Positions 62,001 through 64,000 of a stretch of DNA of 64,000 nucleotides are shown in pieces. The stretch is from Candidatus Oxydemutator sp. (GTDB taxonomy: Bacteria > Pseudomonadota > Gammaproteobacteria > Poriferisulfidales > Oxydemutatoraceae). The number at the start of each line of letters is the position of its first letter. The stretch's first letter is position 1. Location: contig OZ241883.1 of the NCBI GenBank assembly GCA_965203445.1, forward strand, positions 1,632,001 to 1,696,000, given 5' to 3'. Position numbers and translations under genes: made by a program. Under the pieces are notes generated by a model. It ran no database searches. It had not been told where the DNA came from and saw only the letters and a program-made list of their open reading frames with translations.

Positions 62001-64000
62001 CGTCATCGCCGCCTACGCGAATCTTCGCGTGGACGGCACGACGACGCCTACCGGCGGCCTCGTCGGCTCCGTCGCCGGCGACGCGAGCATCGTCGCCAGT
62101 TACGCGGCCGGGCCGCTCATCGTCACGACCGCGACCACGACCGTGACCGGCGGTGGCCTGGTCGGGGAAGTCACCTCGGGCAGTCCCGAGGCCGTCGACA
62201 GTTATTGGGACGCGGCCGCGGCCGGCATAGCCCAGAGCGCCCTCGGCGTCAGCAGGACCACGGTCGAATTGCAGGCGCCGACCGGCTACGACGGCATCTA
62301 CGCCGCCTGGAACGTGGATCTCGACGGCGACGGCAGCGGCGACAATCCGTGGAACTTCGGCGCCGCCGACCAGTATCCGGTGCTGCGCCACGCCGGGCGC
62401 CTCGGCGCGCGCCAGCTGGCGGCGCAACTGGCGGCGCGGCCTCAGGTGGCGCTGCGCGTGTGGCCCGGCGCGACCGACCGCGACCCGGTATGGCCCGGCT
62501 TGCAGGTGGACGAGGGCGACGTGGTCAGCGAACTCTACACGGTGCGCCGCGCGCTGCCGTCGGGCGCGCCGCTGCAATTCGTCGTGCGTTCCTTCGGCAC
62601 GGCCTATAGCGCGGACGACCTCGGCCTGGCGGCCGCACCGCCTGCCGAACGCACGCTTGCGCTGGAACCGATGGAGCTGACGCTGGTGGTTACGCGCTCG
62701 TTTGTCAACGACGGGCGCGACGGCGAGGACGACGAGACCTTCGGCGTCTCGCTCGAGCGCATCGCCGCCGATAGCGCGGGACTCAATTATTTCATCGGCG
62801 TGCCGTCGTCGTTCACGCTGACCGTGCGCGGCGCCGACGTGGCGCCGACGTTCGGCGCCGCCGACCTGCCGCTGGCGGCCGTCGGCGAGCGCTACCTCGA
62901 GCGCCTGCCGGCGGCGACGGGCGGCAACGGCGGCGTCGTCGCGTACAACGCGATTGCGGTGCCGGACTGGCTGGCGTTCGACGCCGACGGCGCCGGCGTC
63001 TGCGGCGTGGCGCTCGCGGTTTGCGGCACGCCGCAGGCCGCCGATACCGGCACCGACGTGCTGCTGATCACCGCCGACGACGCCGACGCCAACGTGGCCC
63101 TCTCCGACCGCGCCCAGCTGCGGGTTGCGATAGAGGTCGGCGTGCGCCCGCCGCCGCCCGCGGCGCCGCAAAACCTGATAGCGCTGCCCGGCGACGGCAC
63201 CGTGTTCCTGTCGTGGGACGCCTCCGGGATTGACCCCGCAAACGACCCGAACCGGGAGGCGATCACGTCGTACGAAACGCGCCTGTTGGACGGCGCTTGC
63301 ACGGGCGTCCCGGGCGCCGCCGCGGGCGCCGCCTGGACGCGCATCCCGGCCAGCGACTTCGCCACCGTCGCCCATACGATTACCGGGCTGGTCAACGGCG
63401 TGCGCGTGTGCGTGGAAGTGCGCGCGCGCAACCGCGGCGGCGTCGGCGCCGCGGCCGCGGCCGCCGCGACGCCCTCCGACCGGCAACCGGCGTTCGTGGG
63501 CGCGGCCGCCGAATTGACCTTTGTCGCCAGTTCCGACGTGGGCACGGTCGCGCTGCCGTCGGTGCGCGGCGGCGACGGCGCGCTGCGCTTTCGCATAGAC
63601 CGCCTCGGGCGGCTGCCGGGCTTGGTTGTGACCTACGCGCGCGACGCGGCCGCCGGCGACGGCCCCAATCTGTATCGCGGCGTGATCACCGGCGTGCCGG
63701 GCGATCCGCCACAGCCGCTTGCGCGGCGCCGCGCGGTGCTGCTGGTTACGGTAACCGACGCCGACGGCGACGTCGCGTCGCTCGACGTTCCGATAACGGT
63801 CATCCGCGACGCGACGCCGGCCTTTGATCCGGACGCGCCGACCGAATTCATCTTCGCCCGAGGGCGCGCCACCACCCATGTGCTGCCCGTGGTCGCCGGC
63901 GGGGTCGCAGGCGGCGGCAACCTGCCGCTGCGCTACTCGCTGCGCGCGCGGGTGGTTACGGGCACGTTGCCGTCGTGGCTTGCGTATCGCGCGCCGGCAT
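47038..64000 (+). CDS. Giant secreted/surface adhesin-like protein (>5,600 aa, 3'-truncated): Calx-beta, GLUG-like beta-helix, cadherin-like, Ig-like and FN3 modules
   Basis: MLYQEIKRTRARARRSGLLVCLFVGGALVATPSFA signal peptide; the frame reads as protein at every point sampled up to the window end; the ORF track lists no ORF in this frame, consistent with no stop; TATAAT at 47002. Confidence 0.92.
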   Translation, partial: MLYQEIKRTRARARRSGLLVCLFVGGALVATPSFAQTSTQAVAVGFSSTGYSVREGDSLPVCVAITSPSDTVTLAREFSLQVATRPGTAGTNDFTNFGDFFNPDPKIVTFGDSTRSACFDLATTEDEIAEETEELFLDLTMPPANVVINPAVAQVTIADNDLVTVGFEAAELTVGESLAEGPSTATVCAQALSPPVIERNLSLSLRTTDGTTSGAADYTAPTTPTVALGSSVRRACLDFPIVDDDLRESDEFFTVDFSGAPLPTTVVPGAVSEVRVTIVDDDASFGFEQTTLTVAEGAAASACISIDSAEAITATVRIGDGSATSPDDYTPGAVTRTLVLQPDSRSCVEVATVEDDDYEYGGETFTLSFVGAHRALIAASASVTVVVDDGLQPITIGSQQELYRTDEDSGGFSVCMVVTDPISTSSMHRTISLRVSTVEGSASEGTDYVAISNQDVGSFHQMTRRQCFAIEISDDSIPEGDESFTLAYALAPGVDARRLTINPAVTRAQIADNDAAEVAFEHTALSVSEGAGAEVCVITTEPADTEPLGDASYAGFNAVVNSAPGSASAADFTAISGLSVGPFNNANRERCFRVQTTDDDVFENRESFTLSLGLPAGLGNVSVKESAAAVVVTIEDNELLAAHDADGDGLLEVDTLEKLNAIRWDTNGDGAADSADDTAAYAAAFPGIALAQGCPPSGCFGYELTADLDFNTGAAARTDDLYYNANEGWLPIGSGAANFAATFRGNGHTLSNLYIRRSGNTIGLFEELAAGGRIESVGIVGANLEARVIGAIAGVNRGTIAASYVLNAMGTASGSQPRDGPVVGINRGTVVACYADRVIDSEAHGGLIAANYGIISASYTLAREGSPADTNPVAGLWPGGVIQATYYDRSVSGVSPNTGRDSEARTTAELQSPTGYTDLYAGWNVDTDGDGTPDNPWDFGTALEYPALRFARFTGAALRRDLSRQRDRLQGSAPRPQHDADGDGLIEVDSLEKLNAMRWDVDGDGVPAVAASDTYVQAFPSIGADGCACTGYELTAHLDFDTSATGVRTDDAYYNDGAGWSPIGTDAEPFDAVFRGNGHLLENLYARGGTETRAGLFGALGASAHVEGVGLIAADVSGALAGALAGSAQGGVVVANFAHGHVRAETSYAGCLIGRMGGGLVISNYAACRAVSGPDGAGVGGLIGAMAGGALTANYSVAPVAASTGSAGGVVGSATGGSASANFYDAEAAGVATSARGAARSGAALRAHITYSGDFASFDVDVDGDGNADDPWDFGSARQYPVLKLARFGDVVARQRALLPHPHDLDRDRLIEVDSLAGLNAMRWDLDGDGAADDAANAADYAEVFPDMDASPCDCIGYELSASLDFDTDGDGAVTRYDAGGAYYDGGAGWLPIGTVAAPFNTVLEGNGHTIANLTINRTRNIAGLFGRVGAAGVVRNLGLIAPNVTVVGNTVGALAGNNSGAIYASYVAGGNVRGGWGTGGLVGYLVGTVTASYTYVAVSNTSHALGGLVGAMGVSARIAASYAIGSVSSSGDNPGRVGGLVGHLDGASTGRTVTASYWDTGLTGQSDSRLAGADGTQTTTALRTPTSYTGIYATWNLDLDGDGTPDNPWAFGDAFQFPVLRGAGHDVAAQFAAQPSRDARLRSWRVTNLGLELPLRERDYSTLSLASQFVRLVAVAEHPGASAMQADVSRYLPADGTSGTYEVTVTAEDGVATRTYGVILSWDGEIALSLSGSDSGELCATENLAAVGGGRTRVRESDVRACFTLELSLPSGQTLETTRTAVVTIESAATTGYDAAEAGLDFVAAARRVAFSINANSGSHDVFFDLLDDRVVELRPEQFRVVARLADDAGVPGDVLASTYVDLVEDDVLRLVPGAVTSPVAEDAGVASVCVRAEVAADEAVDVIVAARESDPPSARAGLDFVAATTTLTFAANIAGQTRCAVVPIVDDALVGEGDETFVASAYYAPGVPAAVRGADVAAVVTIRDDEPMPERPLLLDADAYRVAEGNAAAVTVRLAPELARVRGYEADGVLTVVAGSARPGADYRGVGYPFTLRADQGGAATVRVATLADDVPENTESFTIIATSEVLDAETTALATAVVTIDDDDALAIALEPTAVEMAEGNAVSTRAVCAAITEPPATAPMERRFSLTLTAEGSATLGGEYDFPATLGPFDNDNRRRCGEVALYGDAVSEDDEYFTLRVTPLPPRVTAPGDAARANFIIRDDDDQPLTAFARRQVEEPPAAVPDDPRLINVRSATQLHLMRFDLNGDGVIDAGVSGQDRISYGNYIWGEADHCGRVAGGCIGYELRGDLDLRSNLFGATWNPVGTSAAPYTGRLEGNGYVLSGLSVSAGTGAGLFGHLGDGAEVTNVGLADVSVRGGDHVGALAGHTTGRVTVRAVYAVGGDVRGTAGVGGLIGFASTHGRTSVVASYANVSVAGAGAGVGGLVGTLAGDALIRTSYAAGAITNTAAAPGGLVGRAGAEAAATASYWNVGGGAAHSALGVGTSATALQTPAGYDGIYAAWNLDLDDDGAADNPWDFGAADQYPVLRVAGHDARVQFLSQHAGDAAIADYDDDDDNLIDVRTGAQLYAMRWDLDGDGAPSDATAYARAFPRAMAGMGCPSGCAGYELRADVAATRYPWYSIGSDASPFRTTFDGGGHTITRMLIHHTNADKGMFGVIGEGARVGNVTLNRFDIRFGGTNASYDTAGALAGELRQGFVENVGVLDLYMGCNQNGCERAGALLGRLTGGTVITSYALGGTTEGGGLIGQLTGNGRLIASYAHGVRVRSREPEGGLVGRNERSEIVASYTAATYGGRGQNKYGGLAGIDVGGRVRASYFDADALRTFTGAWSDAVFDNQGLRRRAAGVRRTPDDVRGQARRASELTRPTRYTGIYADWNVDLDGDGAGDDPWYFGDDDQYPVLRYAAAGIERQLAAQRTPPPLPVATVSAPAVHTRRYEPVRFTITLDTAVAVSTTVSYYLTQPDGGALAEVDLGATTPTAVEVFNDGDVATLAPLPVRTVVLAPGQRTATVEVKLSGAGAGADGALSLFLAAGDGFIVGVESDARVTVHGRQRYLAPNLLLARTVVAESNARPTMLTLQTLRVAAASFGRAGVPGDFTPEAAPADLRVSYTLAGSARGGAACDGDTDFLWPPGYDAGLGRGVASAAPLPLTVCADGVRDYAREETILFELVEVLAPTRANRAAANANYVVPLTGYPAYPVVIQDDDPIRVGFERAAYVFAEGQSGEMCVVSKGPIAEPFQRGDVESFRLTADFAGPGVADFAGDFPLRIGSFSRVSTRHCVTLTPLDDGLDDEGETLVLELARLDAVLESDGRVDNYAPDHDPPGDAEPYATQVAFAQQTATVTITRAGYDYDDDNDNLIEVRTRAQLDALRWDLDGDGAPDDADFAPAYARAFPGAAPGMGCAVRCAGYELRADLDLGDAPWRPIGTAAAPFAARLVGNRHVIANPSITTTGNDVGLIGVLGAGGVLESLGVAGAAISGGARTGGLVGRMTGGAVVAAYVAGGRVAGARDVGGLVGRVAGGRIVASWAGATVAARSFCAGLAGSLAGGARVEAGYARGEVEGVACRGLVGGAAATAQVSASYWDDDVAGGRVSDGAPAAEPKTTSELQTPVGYDGIYAAWNLNLDGLAGADNPWHFGTTRQYPVLRYGDPGDGRAVIGVQRGDYDQDRDNLIEIRTASQLNAMRWDLDGDGVPTPANADAYRSAFAGAPAAGVRCASACEGYELGADVDLAPAFGAGYDGGRGFRPIGGDFAAVFDGNGRVISGLSMRRPDADEVGLFSALNGAEIRNVGLVNVDLVGGDRVGALAGRTTGSVVVRTVYVVGGVVSGDADVGGLIGELRGDHSRENPRIVSASYVNVRVEGRSNVGGLIGRAAEPALRAVYSAGAVAAGGGGLLGAADEGVVASDAYWDVTASGLRDSAAGTGHVTSALQTPAGYTGIYAGWNLDLDGDNNADDPWDFGDANQYPVLKAGDHDTALQFAAQPSLQGLPVATITGPGGLSEAELNDVERVQAIHFTVALDRAAAAETTVFYDVLNLGSSGGEIVAQEDAVAGDSPFINGYIAGSTRPGDAPPEPITQALVDVRPSVVARPLPARLSVAIPAGRMSAQFFIRLSDIAISAETLRLRLRLSHRSAGVLIGEPSSAIVFNVRNGRPLYLSPYASLAPAVAESAGTVTPDFRAFRFQTNRVPYIISANGFLPRPVQPLSLRFIYTFGGTAEGGFSCSGSTDYLWPAGYDPVANQGLGQPAAPGLGRFGGALRLCDDDRNEPTETIFPQLLRVTTPTAAATTGGTFFVLLPDFEHTVSTAVRIIDDDPATIGFERDLYPMTERVAAPVCVVMQTPAPAITGGVTLTVSAEAGARAELSASELGPFSEDAARHCVDVTPLDEAGFALSLAPTAPLPASMVVIEPATAEVVLAPRVDYDDDDDNLIEVRTPAQLNALRWDLNGDGVADAPLYGRAYARAFPRAAARMGCAGTCAGYELRADMDLEVLRVSTATTTVNWSAIGAERDGEPFRAILEGNGNVIYGLYTSATNAVGATGDAANGLFHAIAAGAHVRSLGFAGYSNATRTAGITVAGRDNVGVLAGRMSGGFVTAVHVAAGARVIAHGDAAGGLIGRMTGGTIRASYAAALVDAGDGACGGLVGRIAGGGATPPRIEASYARGAVGAGASGGDCATGAAAGGLIGATDTGASPAITASYWDASATTHTGGGGASRTTAQLREPQTYVGIYAAWNLDLDGQGGGDTPWYFGATDQYPVLRYGRDLPALAVQHGDYDHDDDNLIDVHVPVQLDAIRWDKNGDGVPDDASAAGAAAHGAAFYGAVAGMGCATTCTGFELVSDLDVAASRYAESVADAGWRPIARTNNVADAFGATFDGGGYVVSNLVVNSGGDAPAGLFGLVSAGTIANVGLVNARVAAFEGAAGALAGAVLGGRSTITAVYAVDGRVEAANAPVGGLVGSIGNDAEPSDARVIAAYANLRVDGTTTPTGGLVGSVAGDASIVASYAAGPLIVTTATTTVTGGGLVGEVTSGSPEAVDSYWDAAAAGIAQSALGVSRTTVELQAPTGYDGIYAAWNVDLDGDGSGDNPWNFGAADQYPVLRHAGRLGARQLAAQLAARPQVALRVWPGATDRDPVWPGLQVDEGDVVSELYTVRRALPSGAPLQFVVRSFGTAYSADDLGLAAAPPAERTLALEPMELTLVVTRSFVNDGRDGEDDETFGVSLERIAADSAGLNYFIGVPSSFTLTVRGADVAPTFGAADLPLAAVGERYLERLPAATGGNGGVVAYNAIAVPDWLAFDADGAGVCGVALAVCGTPQAADTGTDVLLITADDADANVALSDRAQLRVAIEVGVRPPPPAAPQNLIALPGDGTVFLSWDASGIDPANDPNREAITSYETRLLDGACTGVPGAAAGAAWTRIPASDFATVAHTITGLVNGVRVCVEVRARNRGGVGAAAAAAATPSDRQPAFVGAAAELTFVASSDVGTVALPSVRGGDGALRFRIDRLGRLPGLVVTYARDAAAGDGPNLYRGVITGVPGDPPQPLARRRAVLLVTVTDADGDVASLDVPITVIRDATPAFDPDAPTEFIFARGRATTHVLPVVAGGVAGGGNLPLRYSLRARVVTGTLPSWLAYRAPA

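Overview
A very GC-rich Gammaproteobacteria-like chromosomal window. The core consists of housekeeping clusters: pyrB/pyrC'/pyrK/yggS, pyrR-yqgF-gshB, lepA-folP, thiDE, hisC-tyrA-aroA-cmk-rpsA-ihfB-lapB-comEA, galU, dxs-ispA-xseB, rubrerythrin-FeS oxidoreductase-DUF3501, and fdhD-MMPL-corC-ypjD. The accessory content is unusual. (1) At least 8 genes encode an N-terminal coiled coil plus a C-terminal PD-(D/E)XK-like domain. Five or more of them form a head-to-tail, ATGA-coupled array (1-3513) with identical nuclease-like domains and coiled coils that differ by exact multiples of 7 aa. A further pair (45-46.9 kb) is bounded by a repeated 24-bp hairpin. (2) There are three small coiled-coil/C-terminal-TM genes (DUF1640/XhlA-like), one of them frameshifted. 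(3) An AlgR/LytTR-type box (ACCGTTCGTC) lies about 100-110 bp upstream of two of the nuclease genes and one DUF1640-like gene, suggesting a shared regulon. (4) A >5,600-aa secreted adhesin-like ORF (47038 to beyond the window end, missing from the ORF track) has Calx-beta, nine GLUG-like, cadherin-like, Ig-like and FN3 modules, which suggests a host-associated (sponge-symbiont-like) lifestyle by inference. (5) Smaller features include tandem glycosyltransferase and methyltransferase pairs, a solo Cas4-like nuclease, a two-repeat CRISPR-like remnant and many near-leaderless TATAAT promoters. No rRNA, tRNA, transposase or integrase was seen. All family calls come from motif recognition by eye, not database searches.
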